From NCBI GenBank assembly GCA_905178155.1, contig CAJINV010000015.1, positions 333,309 to 397,308 on the forward strand: a stretch of DNA of 64,000 bases. Direction: 5' to 3'. This DNA comes from Amoebophrya sp. A120. Lineage: Eukaryota > Protista > Dinoflagellata. A program made the position numbers and the translations under genes. The notes under the pieces are model-generated. The model ran no database searches, was not told where the DNA came from, and was given only the letters and a program-made list of their open reading frames with translations. Each line of letters opens with the position of its first letter. Position 1 is the stretch's first letter. Below are positions 1-12,741 of this stretch, piece by piece.

Positions 1-3000
1 CTCGAAAATCAGTTTTTGCACCGCAAACTTCTTCACCGCGCGTTGCATACGGCCACGGACAATCGGCAGCATCTCGTGCGCCACTCTGTTCGACTTCTTG
101 TCGTCTGCTGTTGGGTCATACCACGGTGATTCAGCTCGCACGTTCCAGTCCCTTAGCAAGGCTATGGGAGTGTCGAGTTTTTCCGCCCAAGCCGCTTTAT
201 TTTTGATCGTCTTTTGCATTGTCTCCTGTTTTTCCATCACGTCCACTGCGACCTTAAACAAGGTCCTCCCGAGCGCCCGCAGCTCGTCCTCGGAACACCA
301 GCGTCCTAACGCCGCTACTTCGCCGGGGGACAGGCGCACGGCCTCAGTCTGAGTTTCCAGAAATTCTCCGAGACGCTTCAGCTCTTCAGCCTTCACCTTT
401 TCGGACTGTTCTCCAAATTGCAGCGAGTTAATAGCGGGCTTCTCAGCACGATCTCCAAGGAGGGCCCGGATGTCGAGAAGCATCGCCAGGCGTTCTCCGA
501 CTCGTTTCAGGGGTGAGGATTCCGGGGCGAAAGCTGCTTCTGACTCGGGAGTGAGCGCGTCCGCGACCCGATAGCGCTGGAGCCAGTGGGCACCGGTAGA
601 GGAAACGAACGGGATGTACTTATTGTTCCTGGCTTCCCAGTGAAGGACCTCATTGTTTGTTGGGTCGTTTTCTCTGATGGGCCCGAAAAGGTCATCAAAC
701 ACACCGAAAATTATGGATGCGTCAGGTTTGAAATGGTCAAAGTTGAAATGGTTTGTCATGCATAAAACGGATACCAGTTAGACCTACAGTTTGTAGTCGG
801 CGCATGACAAATTTTCCCGGTCCTGGAAGCGAGTCTGTCATGCGGTTTAGGGCAAAAGAGCTGCCTTCTGTCATGCTAGTCAGCAGTCCAACTCCTGACC
901 CTTATCAGGACTACAATCTGCCTTCCGTGCGTCCTCTGCAATAGAGTCACTTTTTGAATCGCATTTTATGCATGACAAACCATTTCAACTTTGTCGATTT
1001 CAACTCTGACACAACCATAAAAATCTCTCTGAGATTCTCGACCCGACTCTCGGAAATCGCCTTCTGGAGGGCCGTATCAAATGCAAAAGTGTCTGGGTCT
1101 GGAAGATAATTACCAGGTTTGTCATGCATATTTTGGATGACCCATGATGTCTGTGATGCACGCTCTAGCATCACAGATTTTTAGAGGACTTTGCGATGCC
1201 TCTGCCGCAAGAGAAATGCCCTCTCCGCGTAGCACGAACTGGAGTTCTCTTGCTGGTCACTCATGCAATACAAATTTTTTCAGAATCCAGAGACAGCATT
1301 ACAAGTTTAGAACCTTCCAGACCCAGACATTTTTGCATTTCATAGGCCCAACCCAGACTCTGTGCGGCATGCCCGACATCCACATCTTCCTCGGAGGTCG
1401 ACGAAGTTTTTCGCAGCCTGGAAGTCGATCCTCTCTGCTATGGCGTTCTCAACTGTTACACTCTCAACTGTTGCATGGACTTGTGATGCAAGAATGGGAA
1501 AAGTGAAAGGGGGGGCATTACGCGTCTTGCATGACAGATTTGGCAAAGATTATCATCCTGTTTCGTTTGGCCCTTCCAGGATTTGTCACGCAGAACAGCT
1601 TGATCGTGTAGACTAGATGATCATGGTGCTTTTGCATGAGAAATCATGTAACAGTTGAGAATGTAACATTTGAGAACGCCATATCTGTCGAGTCGGCGAG
1701 GCTGCGTCCTCTTCCACATCCAGGAAAACATCTGCGCCAGCATATCAAAATGAAAAATCCCTCCTTCCCATATCAAAACGGAAATCTGTGATGCGGGATT
1801 TGTGTACACAAATCGCATTTGTCCTGCAGGGAAGCACTGCGCGCAGATGGCAAGCCCAAGAGGGGGCCTTTTGGTGTAGGGGCCCAGCATGGCAGACGTC
1901 TGCCCTGTAGGCCTTGAAGCATTACAAACCGCCTGCATAATATCGCGGCGGACTCTCTGGATTTGCCTTCTGGCAAGACGGACAGGATTTGTGGTCACAA
2001 ATCTGCATCTAGAAATTTTTTTCAATATGGGGAGGGGGGATTTTTCCTTGCAATACAGCATCTGCGTGGCTATCGTCCCGCGTCGGCAGGAGCGACGGCA
2101 CACCGAAAGCTCCTGCAGGAATCGAGCCGTCCAACGAAGATTTTTTCCGGGTTAGTTTTTTCCCGCCAGGCTTGGTACTTCCGTCTACTTCCTCATCGGG
2201 TATATCAACATCGCTATCATCGCCGTCCTTCTCTTCCGCCAACTTCCGGATCCTATCGTGCCAGCCGAGAATCTATCAAGAAGAAAAATCCCCCCTCCAG
2301 CCCATATTCAAAAGACAATTTCTGTTCGCTGGGTTTGTGTACACAAATGAGCCTTCTATTGCAGAAAGAGCGTGGTGGCATATTGATTCTTCTGGCCCCA
2401 TTTGGGTACTACACATCCGGCTAGCAACTGAGCATGAGAAACAAGGCTGACATATGCGAAAACGCATGACAGACTCGTTGTACAACAATGCGCCACATGG
2501 GTGCCGTTTGCCTTGTACGCAAGACAAAGCTGATTTGATTTGTGGTCACAAATCAGCATCACTAATTTCTTTTTTCGATATGGGAACGGGGATTTTTCCT
2601 TACGATAGAATCTTGTGCTTCAGCACCGCATTCTTCTGCAGGTGGTGCAAAGCGAGCGTGAACCGCGCGGTGAGGTCGGATTCGAGTTTTACCAATTGCG
2701 TGACCTCCTGTTCCTGTAACTTGAGCACATTCTTTATGGCGTTCTCAAACGTTACATTCTCAACTGTTACATGGATTTGTAATGCAAGAACAGCAATAGT
2801 AAAAGTGGCAATATTGCAGCTTTCGCATCACAGATTTGCCACAGATTATCATGCTGTTTAGCCATTCGAAAATTTGTCATGCTAAGCACCTTGGTAAAGT
2901 GGAGGCTGATGGCAACTTTGCATGACAAATCCGTGTAACAGTTGAGAATGTAACAGTTGAGATTGCCATATTCTTTGTCAAGGCGTGCCCCTCCGGAAAG

Positions 3001-6000
3001 CCGTCGGCGATCACGTAGCTGGCCAGCATCAGTTCGTGCAGGAAGGAAAGCACTCTGTGGATCCGGTTGATCTGGGTAATCAAATCCTCCTGCAGGACAA
3101 GTTTCTGCACACCATTATGGCATTCTCAACTGTTACATTCTCAACTGTTACATGATTTCTCATGCAAAATTGCAATTAGTTATCTACACGATCAAGCTGC
3201 TTCGCATGACAAGTTTTCAACGCACTAGATAGCATTAGAATCTGTGCCAAACTTGTAATGCAAAAGGCGCAATCTTCCGCCTTGGATTTTTGCCATTCTT
3301 GCATTACAAATCCATGTAACAGTTGAGAATGTAACATTTGAGAATCCCATAACCATTTTTCATATCATCGGCTTGCTGTCGGAGAAATTTGAAGTATTGG
3401 GCGAAAGAGTCGATGTTTGTCACCGGGCCATCTACTGGTCTACTTTGCGCAGCACCGTGTTGATCATTCTGGCGCGGCTCACTCAAAACCACCGCCCAGT
3501 CGGGGTGGGCGAGCATGCGGGGCACCAAAGACTCGGTCAGCAGTTTCAATAATTGCTCGAAACAAAAGTCTATGCACTGCAAAAGTATCGTACTCGTTGA
3601 AATGCATGACAAATTGTTCCCTCAGCATGAAAAATAAGATTTGTAAATGAGGATTTAGCTTGAGAAAAAAACTTGTAATGCATGATTGCAATACGAGTAT
3701 CAGATACTTTTGCACAGGATAAAGTCCGGCCGTTTCGTCGCCGTTCGCAGGTACTGCAGGGCGTGCAGCTGGGCGCTATCCAGTGCAAAAATGTCTGGCT
3801 CTGGAAGATTCTGACACTTGTCATGCACGTTTTGCATGAGCCATGATGTCCGTGATGCATACCCTAGCAATACAGATTTTCTGAGGGCTTCTTGATGCAT
3901 ATTCCGCATGACAAATGCCTTCTCAGCGGAGCAAATATTGCATTCCCTTTGTACTCATGCAATACAGATGGTTTTGGAATCCAAATGCAGCATCACAAGT
4001 TGCATTCTTCCAGACCCAGACGTTTTTGCATTTGATAGGCGTGCTGGTTGCCGAGCGAGTGTTTCTCCGTGACACTTTGGTCGGCCGCCTGGAAAAATTT
4101 CAGGAAAAAGTCCACCGTTTGCGCCGGCAAATCGCTGTGCAAAAACACGCTGGCTTGCAATTGCGCATTGGTCAAAGGAACGTTAGCGTGGTCCACTGGT
4201 CGAGTGTGCTCCAAGCCTTGAAAATAGTACTTTTCCAAGTGCGCCACAAAGTTCAGCAGGAGACCGCTGAATTGCAGTGCCTCCGTAGGAAAATGATCGC
4301 CGTCGTGGATCTTCCCCTCCGTCGGGTCGGATCCGGCGGGGTTCTCTTCGTTTTCTTTCTTTTTGATTTCCAGTATATCATTTGTAAAAACGTCCCCACC
4401 CCAGAGTCAAGATGGGGATTTTGCAACACAAACCTCGAAGTTTTGGGAGCCACGCATGACAAGTTGCAGGCTGTAGTGTAATGCAGTTTAGAAAGGGAAC
4501 CCGCATAACAAATTGATCTCCTTATCCTGTTTGAAGCATTACAAGTTCCAAAATACGCTGGGAAATGCCTCTCATGGGGATGCGCATTACAAATGCTCCT
4601 GCGCTTGCAGATCTGCATGACAACTCTGGGGTGGGGATGTTTTTACACAGGATACAGTAGTTCGCGCCGCCACTGCCTTTCAATGTCAAACACAAACACC
4701 GACTTGGCGTACTTGTGCATACCGTTCGCGATGTATGACAGTGCACAACTCCCCCTCCCCCTCATTTGTATAGCATGAACGGCAACACAAGCATCAGCCA
4801 GAGTGCCGGTTTTGCATGACAAAGTTGCACTAGATTGTAGTGCTAGTTGGGCTACCAGAACTTGTCATGCAAACAGTGCCAAGAGGCAAAGGTTGGGTGG
4901 ATTGGGTATTTTGCATCACAAACGAGGGGGAGGGGGAGGTGTGCACTGTCATACGATGCGGTTCAGAAGCTGGTATTGCCTTTGCGGAATAGTGGTGGCG
5001 CTCGCACTGCCCTTTGGTGTCAACAGCGGGGTTAGAACCTCCTTGTCAAGGAGCAGATTGTGCGGCGTAGAAGAAGTCCTCTCAGCACCAGCTCCCTCAC
5101 TGTCCCCCTTGGTTTGATGCCTCGCGGCGCCGGCTGGTAGCAGTTGGCGACTACTACCACCGCGGTGGAACAAATGGACACGATGACCTTCCTTCTCGTT
5201 ACTACTGAATAGAAACAGCTCTACTGCCTTCACGAGTTGTGTCATTTCCTGCGCAAAGTGGACTCGGTCAACACCCAGGATGGTTTTCTGCCGTGCTTGC
5301 TCGTGGTAGTGCTTGTCATCCGTCTATCCTGTGTAAAAACATTCCCACCCCATGCCATACTTGTTATGCTAAACAAAATGCGACACACTTTGCCCCCCCA
5401 TTGTGCCATGGCCGCAGATGGGCATGTCAAAATGTTTCTCATACGGAGCCCCATGAGAAGCATTTCCTGTTCGTGCTTTAGAATCTGTAATGCGCCAATT
5501 AGCATAGTAGCCTAGATTTTTTGTGATGCTGCTGAAGAACGAGCTAAACGGGATTACACTCCCAGGCCAAAGAACTTGTCATGCAACAACCTCCCAGGCC
5601 AAAGAGCAACAATCTAACCTTGTTGATTTGCCTAGCAGTTTTCCCATTTGTCTATGGGGTGGGGACGTTTTTACTCAGGATACCGGAGTCTGTGTATTTT
5701 CCGTCGTCTGCACCTGCGAGTGTGCGTTCTTCATGTTTGATTTTACCGCCGTACGCAGCAGCGCCAGCAAATCCGTGACTACGGTGGTGCGCTGGTGCAG
5801 TGTCAGGGCACCGCGGATTCGTTCTGAGGCGTGCTCTTTATCATTATCTCCCCCCAGCTGCGTTGTTTTCAGGTACCGCTCGCCGACGGCCAACAGCGCC
5901 TGCAGTGCGCGCTGCTTGACTTCTTTGGGTAAGTTATCCTGTGTAAAAACGTCCCCACCCCAGCAGAGTTGTCATGCAAATGCGCAACGACAGGAACATT

Positions 6001-9000
6001 TGGAATGCGCATCTCCATGAGAGGCATTTCCAGTCGTGTTTTGGCATTTGTAATGCTGTAAACAGGATGAGAAAGTGGCTTTCTCATGCGGCTTCTCTTA
6101 ATAGCCAGCACTGCATTGCAGATGGAAACTTCTCATGCAGAACTCCCAAAACTCGGGGATTTGTGTTGCAGACTTCCCATCTTGACTATGGTGTGGGGAC
6201 GTTTTTACATGGGATATAAGTCGAAGGTAATTTCTTGCAGCTCTTCCAGGGCTTTTTGGTTTCTGGTCAGGACCGGATGCTGACCAACGGCGGCCGACGG
6301 TGTAGTCCCCCGGACGCCCAAGGTTCGGGCGAGGAGGCTCGGATTACTTTCCGGGGCCGCGCCACCTCCCACCGGGGCAGACGGTCTCTCCTTCAGCGCA
6401 CTGTAAGTTGGAGAGGAATCCTTCACCGTTTCTACCAGGGACAACAGCAGCTGTTTCAGGAACATCTCCTGCAGACCACGACCAGATGCTAATGCTATGA
6501 AATGCAAATTTGTCTGGTAATGCATCACCTAGCATCACAGATTTTTAGAGGGCTTCCTAATGGGTATTCCGCATGACAAATGCCCTCTCCATGCAGCACA
6601 AACTGGACCCCTCTTCTTGCTGGTCATGCAATGCAGATTTTCTTAGACTGCAGAGACAGCATCCATACACATGTTGCAACTTTCCAGACCCAGACATATT
6701 TGCAATGCATAGATGCTGTACCAGCACGACCTTCTTCGGTGCTGTCGTGACCAGCGGCACTAGAAGAAGTCCTCTGAGGTGGACCGCCTCGTTCCCGATC
6801 CTCCTGCCCAGGTTCTGCTTCGTTCCTCTCTTGAAACAGTCGAAACACCGGCGGCACCATGCTGAACGCCAACAGCTCTTTTGCTGTAGTTGACTTGTCG
6901 GCAGCAGCTGCCCCTCCTGTCGGGTTTTGTAGTCCCTTGTGCGCGCCGCCTGAAGTACTAGCCGCTTCTACTTCAAAGCCCGAAGAGCCCCAGTGGTTGC
7001 GAAGGTCGTCCTATCCTGTGCAAAAGTATCGCACTCGTAGTAATTATCGCAGTCATGCATTACAAATCTTCATCCCAAGGTAAAACAGCATGACAAATTC
7101 CATTTGTCATGCTCAGCATGACAAATTGAGTTTGTCATGCTGTTTTACCTCAGCATTGCTGAGCTAATTTGTCATGCGATTTATACTAGTACGATACTTT
7201 TGCAGTTCATACGTCCGAGGTCAGGCTGGACTCCGCCGGCCGTTGCACCGTGGTGATTTTCGAGTCGTCGGACGAGTTATCTTATCAAAAGTAAAAGTGT
7301 CTGGGTCTGGAGACTTGTGATGCTGGGTGGCGTCTCGTGATGAGGCTACAGATGCTGGCTCAGCATGACAAGTTTCTGAGCTCCTAGGTGTTTGCTATTC
7401 TGCATGACAAACTGCGCCTCTGCATCACAGAAAAACGGAACTCTTGGGTAACGTGCATGACAGATTTAGGAGTCATGCCAGACAAGCATGACAAACATGA
7501 ATTCTTCCAGACCCAGACTACATTTTTACAGTTGATATGTCTTGGCCCTTATATAGAAACTGCCACTTTTTCCCCGCCTCGAATTGGTCGCGAAACTGCG
7601 TTTGCAGTTTCGTACGGTCCGTGGTGTCCGAGGAAGCTGCGCCGAACAGAGTCGGCCCGTGAAATTCTCCATCGAGCAAAGTCTTTTCGTCAGCGCCCCG
7701 AGGGAACGCCGGTTTCGCGGTAATAGGTGCGTCAAACCCAAACAGTTCCTGGAGGCCGATGGAAAGCGCCTCCTTTTTTTTCCCAGTGGCCTTGAACGTG
7801 AGAGCTTTCGGCGAAATCAGCTGGTAAAAGGCGTATCTGAGGTGGAAGCTGCGTATCTCCAAGATCTCGTTCTGAACCGTGTCCGACGCTTCTTTTTCTC
7901 TTTCTTGCTTCATTGTTCCAGCTTCTTGGCAAAGCATCCCACGTACGTCCCTTGGCACATCGAATGTGGGACCTTCTTCCACCTTCGACAGGCACTTCGT
8001 TGTCAAATTTTCAAGCACTTTCCGTATGGGCATGGCATCCTGCGCGAGCGCTAGTTCGAGCCCTCCCATCACGTCGGCTATTGCGAGGGAAAATCCCCCC
8101 TCCCCATACGAAAGCGGGACATTTCTGAAAATTTGTGGTGCTGATTTGAGACCGCAAATTGTTCCTGTATTGCAAGGAGGCAAATCCGAAGACCCTGCCG
8201 CGTTTTTGTAGGCAGTTTGTCATGCTGTATGGCCTACGGATGATATTCCTGCCTTGCTAGGCGCCTACACCAAAACGCCCCTTCTCCGGCTTTGGATCTG
8301 CCTGCAGTCTTCTACTGCAAGACAAAGACGATTTGTGTACACAAATCCCGCATCACAGATTTCCATTTCGATATAGGGAGGGGTGATTTTTCCTTCTGAT
8401 ATCGGCGTATTGATACTCATTGAACATAGAATCCTCCCCCAGCCACTGCAGGAAGTTCACATTCACTATCCAAGAAAAAAACTGTGTTAGTGTAAGTAAC
8501 TTTCTTTGGCTGACAGCATCACAAATTTGCTCTATATGACAGAGAAAACCTGTCATGCGTGGCTTGTAAGAGAAAACACACATGAAAAGAGGATTTCATC
8601 GCTGTCTGGCATGACAGGCGTGACTCTGTTGCATGCTCTGCAACACAAATTTACACTTACACAGTTTTTTTCTTCCATATTCACTCCCCCTAGAAGCGCA
8701 GCAGGACGACGACCTCCCGCACTGCCGGCGCTGAGAGATGTTGCTGGGCCGAGGAAAATATCAAGTGCAAAAATGTCTGGGTTTGGAAGACTCTCAGACT
8801 TGTCATGCAAGTTTTGCATGAGCCATGATGTCTGTGATGCATGCCCTAGCATCAGAGATTTTCTGAGGGAGGCTTCTGGATGCCTATTCCGCACGACAAA
8901 TGCTCTCTTGTTCCCGTAGCAAAAATTACACTCCCTTTGCTGCTCTCTCATGCAATACAGATTTTTTTGGAATCCAAATGCAGCATCACAAGTTGCATAC

Positions 9001-11778
9001 TTCCAGACCCAGACATATTTGCATTTGATAGAAAAACTCGAGAATCGCGTCGACACTGAACAAATCGGAAAACTTCAGGGGCGGGGGGCGGAAGGTATGC
9101 TTGCGAAAGTCGATGTTGACCTGATATTTGTTCGAGTCGGTGTTATGGCGAGGAGTGGGCTGCTTGTTTGGCCACAGCTTTTCCCAGCAGGTGTGGGGAT
9201 GCTTGTTGTAAGTCGTCTGCTCTGCAATCAGCCCCTGGGAGTACAAGTCTTTCCGCCAATACGGATTATAATACGGCTCGCGGTCCCGAGACCAGTCCCG
9301 CACGTTGAAGAGCAAAAGGTCCAGCGCAAACTCAACACCCTCGAAGAGCTTCCGCGGATGGTGGTACTGCGGGTTGTATTGTGAGGAAAAATCCCCCCTC
9401 CCCATACCAAAAAGGGGCACTACTGCAAATTTGTGATGCTGAAATTTGTGATGCTGATTCGTGGCCACAGATCGTCCCTGTATTGCAAGAGGGCAAAGCC
9501 AGAGACCCGGCCGCGTTTCGCAGGCGCTTTGTAATGCTGTATCGCCTACAGAGGATATGCCTGCCTTGCTAGGCGCCTACAGCAAAAAGGCGCTGCATCT
9601 GCCTGCAGTCCTCTACTGCTAGACAGATTGGATTTGTGTACACAAATCCCGCATCACAGATTTCCGTTTTGATAAGGGGAGGAGGGATTTATTTTCACTT
9701 TGATAAGTTGTTGTGCGCGCTTTGCCCGTTGCTGCCAACCGTGACTGGTAGGAAGTCCTGCTGCCGGCGAACCAGAAAGCTTTTGGTCACGTCCGTGCGC
9801 AGTTCCTCCACTTCTGCGTGCCGCTTTTGGAACGCTGCCCGGTTCTCACCAGCAGGCACATCTCTAACACTAAAGTGCGACATAACCTCGGCGTTCAGAA
9901 AAGCGTGCGCGTCCTCAACCTCATACAGGAAATCGTGCAGCGCGAAAAGAAGGGGCAGGTGCGTGATGCTTTTTTTAAAGTCCTGCACCTTTTTCTTGAT
10001 CGACCGTCTAGAAGTTGTACCCACGTTCTTCGTGTCCTGTGCAAAAGTATCGTACTCGTATTGCAGTCATGCATTACAAATCTCCGTCTTAATGTAAATC
10101 TGCATCACAAATTTTATTTCTGTTGCTGAGGAAATTTGTAATGCATTTATACGAGTACGATACTTTTGCACAGCATACTTCGCGAGCAACGGAGTAGGTG
10201 CGCCGTCACCGCTCGCGCCACCAGAATTAGGCGGAGTGGTGGTTCTGCCCGTTGCGCGGGCGGACGATTGCGGGTCGTCTTCATCCGCCTCGTCGTCACC
10301 CTCCGAGAAAGATTCACCTTGAAGTCCGTCCTCGAAGTTCCATATCCTGTGCAAAGGTTTCGTACTCGTATGAATGCAATTCTTGCATTACAAATCTTTT
10401 GCACTTGCTTAAGGTAAATCCGCATTACAAATTTTATTTCTCACACTGAGGAAATTTGTGATGCATTTATACGAGTACGATACTTTTGCAGTTCATATTC
10501 CAGTCCTCGTCTTCAGCATTCTGCTGTTCTTGAGCTACGCCATCGTTGTAGCAGCCATACTATCCTGCGCAAAAGTAATATTGCGCTCGTAGGAATCGCA
10601 ATCGTGCATTACAAATCTCCATCCCAAGGTAAAACAGCATGACAAATTCCATGGGTCATGCTGAGCTAATTTGTATTGGTGCGCTTCCTACTAGAAGTAC
10701 GATACTTTTGCAGCAGTTCATACATACACAAGATCGCGTTCGCGGACACCCTCGGGAAACGTCTCCCTGAAAAATGCCGCGAAGTTGGCTTGCAAGGACT
10801 TTTCCAACTCCAACAATTCGCTCACCAGCTCTCCTTGCTCTTTCAGCGTCGTCGCTGGGTGGCGGTTATGCATTGCAAATATGTAGTCTGGGATGTCTGG
10901 AAACTTGTGATGCTAATTTACATGCGTCACAAGAAACTGATACTGAGTCCAATACCCAGCCAGGCATAAGAAATTTCTCAGCGATTATTCCGTGCGTAAC
11001 CCGAATGAGAAGTCGCGTTTTGGCATGACAGAAGGTTGGCGCTATTTCACAACACGAATTTTTACAGGTAGTTGCAGGGGTAAATATAGTACGAGTTCAT
11101 GAATACAAATCGAAATCTCGCAATTTCTATTTTCTAGACCCAATCAAATATTTGCAGTGGATAGCGGTCGGGCTGCGCAATACCAGCGCCACCTGCAGCT
11201 CCGGCCGGATTATCTTCCGCATCGTGCGGCAGCCCATCTTGATGACCACTACCCTCGGCAGATGAACTACTAGTTAACAGGCGCAACAAATTCTTCCCGG
11301 TGCTGATTTTTTCGTAGTAGGCACAGAAAATCGCGCTCTTGCGTTGCAAGATCTTCACCGCATTGGCTTTCGGCAGGGGTTTCTTCTGCTGCAGGTCCGT
11401 CCGCGTGTCTTGCAGCCAGGCCCGCGTGACCTCGCCGTTCTGCGACGCGAGCGGCAACAGTTTCTCGACAATCAACTCGCGCAGCTTCCGCGTGCCCCAC
11501 CGGTGCGTCTTGTGCAAAAAGTCTTTTTCCGACAACGCCGGGGCCGCCGGCTGGGAACCGCTGGCCGCCGCAGCCGCCACTGTGAGGACGTTTGGAAAAA
11601 TGTTGAACTGCGGTGTGATTTCTGAAAACGGATCGAAGGTCGGGGTCCCTGGCTGCAAACCACCTCCCAGGTCAACAAACGCCCCTTGAATCAGGCTAAA
11701 TACAACTAGAGCGCCTGCCACCAGCACCACTGTCGCCGCAGCGACAGGGATTTTGGGTTTTCCCTTCAATTTTGTCAT
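1..11778 (-). CDS. Gene 1: large multi-exon hypothetical protein with N-terminal membrane anchor/signal; 24 introner introns; continues beyond left edge
   Basis: ATG 11778 MTKLKGKPKIPVAAATVVLVAGALVVFSLIQG. Junctions translated after removing element+5 nt are in frame: AQPDR|HPATTLKEQ...DLVY|GCYNDG...EDW|NFEDGLQ...LLAK|NVGTTS and LREIF|GVFDDLFG. Not every junction was checked. Confidence 0.8.
712..1019. mobile_element. introner family K (TIR TATGGATGCGTCAG...)
   Basis: TIR; DR aaaat/aaaat; in-frame junction. Confidence 0.85.
1075..1344. mobile_element. introner family A (TIR TATCAAATGCAAAA-GTCTGGGTCTGGAAG)
   Basis: TIR; DR ggccg/ggccc. Confidence 0.9.
1439..1683. mobile_element. introner family B (TIR TATGGCGTTCTCAACTGTTAC)
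   Basis: TIR; DR tctgc/tctgt. Confidence 0.9.
1743..2055. mobile_element. introner family C (TIR TAT...GAAAAATCCCCCTCCCCATA)
   Basis: TIR; DR cagca. Confidence 0.9.
2274..2607. mobile_element. introner family C
   Basis: TIR; DR gaatc. Confidence 0.9.
2735..2970. mobile_element. introner family B
   Basis: TIR; DR ttctt. Confidence 0.9.
3116..3351. mobile_element. introner family B
   Basis: TIR; DR accat. Confidence 0.9.
3571..3721. mobile_element. introner family D (TIR TAT...TGCAAAAGTATCGTACTCGT)
   Basis: TIR; DR aagtc. Confidence 0.9.
3777..4037. mobile_element. introner family A
   Basis: TIR; DR ggcgc/ggcgt. Confidence 0.9.
4376..4654. mobile_element. introner family E (TIR TATC...GTAAAAACGTCCCCACCCCA)
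   Basis: TIR; DR cagta. Confidence 0.9.
4734..4953. mobile_element. introner family F (TIR TATGACAGTGCACAACTCCCCCTC)
   Basis: TIR; DR cgatg. Confidence 0.9.
5325..5682. mobile_element. introner family E variant
   Basis: TIR; DR ccgtc/ccgga. Confidence 0.85.
5935..6216. mobile_element. introner family E (opposite orientation to 4376)
   Basis: TIR; DR taagt. Confidence 0.9.
6496..6711. mobile_element. introner family A, internally deleted
   Basis: TIR; DR aatgc/gatgc. Confidence 0.85.
7012..7211. mobile_element. introner family D with internal inverted duplication
   Basis: TIR; DR cgtcc. Confidence 0.9.
7283..7537. mobile_element. introner family A variant
   Basis: TIR; DR tatct/tgtct. 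Confidence 0.85.
8079..8401. mobile_element. introner family C
   Basis: TIR; DR tcggc. Confidence 0.9.
8467..8679. mobile_element. introner family G (TIR TATCCAAGAAAAAAACTGTGT)
   Basis: TIR; DR ttcac. Confidence 0.9.
8759..9030. mobile_element. introner family A
   Basis: TIR; DR gaaaa. Confidence 0.9.
9377..9705. mobile_element. introner family C
   Basis: TIR; DR ggttg/agttg. Confidence 0.9.
10033..10177. mobile_element. introner family D (left end TGT)
   Basis: TIR; DR cttcg; in-frame junction. Confidence 0.9.
10343..10497. mobile_element. introner family D
   Basis: TIR; DR ttcca; in-frame junction. Confidence 0.9.
10561..10722. mobile_element. introner family D
   Basis: TIR; DR catac; in-frame junction. 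Confidence 0.9.
10867..11163. mobile_element. degenerate introner family A
   Basis: decayed TIR; DR gcggt; in-frame junction. Confidence 0.85.
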
Positions 11779-12462
11779 GACGTGCTTCTGTTCCGGTGTT
11801 GCTTTGAAAACCGGATGTAACAAATTTTTTGAATAGCGAGCTCCAGGGTGGGAGTTTTGACAGTGATATAGGTTTTATTTACGAATGCGAATGGTCGTGG
11901 AAGTTACTTACGGTCTCCTTCCAGCGCAAGTGTAATTTGATAGAGTATTTGATGTTCGGATTTTTTACCTCCTCAGGAATAAAGACCACAGCCTGAGAAT
12001 GTGAATGCCTGCGTGATAAAATGGTTTATAAAAATGGTGATAGACTACATAGACGGTTTTACAATAAAATAGATAAAATGGATTTGGATTTGCTCTACGG
12101 CATAGTAGTAAGTTTGTGATTTAAATGAGTTTTCGTGTTCTGGACAATTTATCGCAATCAAATAGTGCGTAAAAACTGATAGTCGTAAAAGTATTGTGTG
12201 TATTTGGACAGAAAAATATTTATTTGTCAACGCAGTTGAGTTTCATCAAACTCTCGATACAATCAGAGACCAGGTCTGGTATATCATTACCCTTGATTTT
12301 TTTGCGAGTCTTTCTTGGGGGGGCGCGATCCCAACTTTTTGCTATGCGTTCCTATGACGTGAGGGGTCTGACAAGAATCGACTTCTCTATTTTTTCGCGA
12401 CGACTTGGCGAGTCGAAGCAATTACAGACTGCAAGAATGTTTTGTGTTCTTATGCTGTGTAT

Positions 12463-12741
12463 TATCCTGAGTAAAAGCGTACCCACGCCAGAGTTGTAAT
12501 GCAGATTTGCAAAGACAGGAAGACTTGTAATGCGCATCCCCATGAGAGCCATTTCCAATCGTATTTTGGAATTTGTAATGCTGTGAACAGGATGAGCAGA
12601 TGAATCTGTGATGCGGCTGCACTTGCTCACCTGCACCACACTGCATAGTGCAACTTGTCATGCGTGACTCACAAAACTCCTAGGTTTGTGTTGCAAAATC
12701 CCCATCCTGACTCTGGTGTGGGTACGTTTTTACTCAGGATA
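12463..12741. mobile_element. family E element in intergenic/UTR DNA
   Basis: TIR; DR tgtat/tatat; no flanking ORF. Confidence 0.85.
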
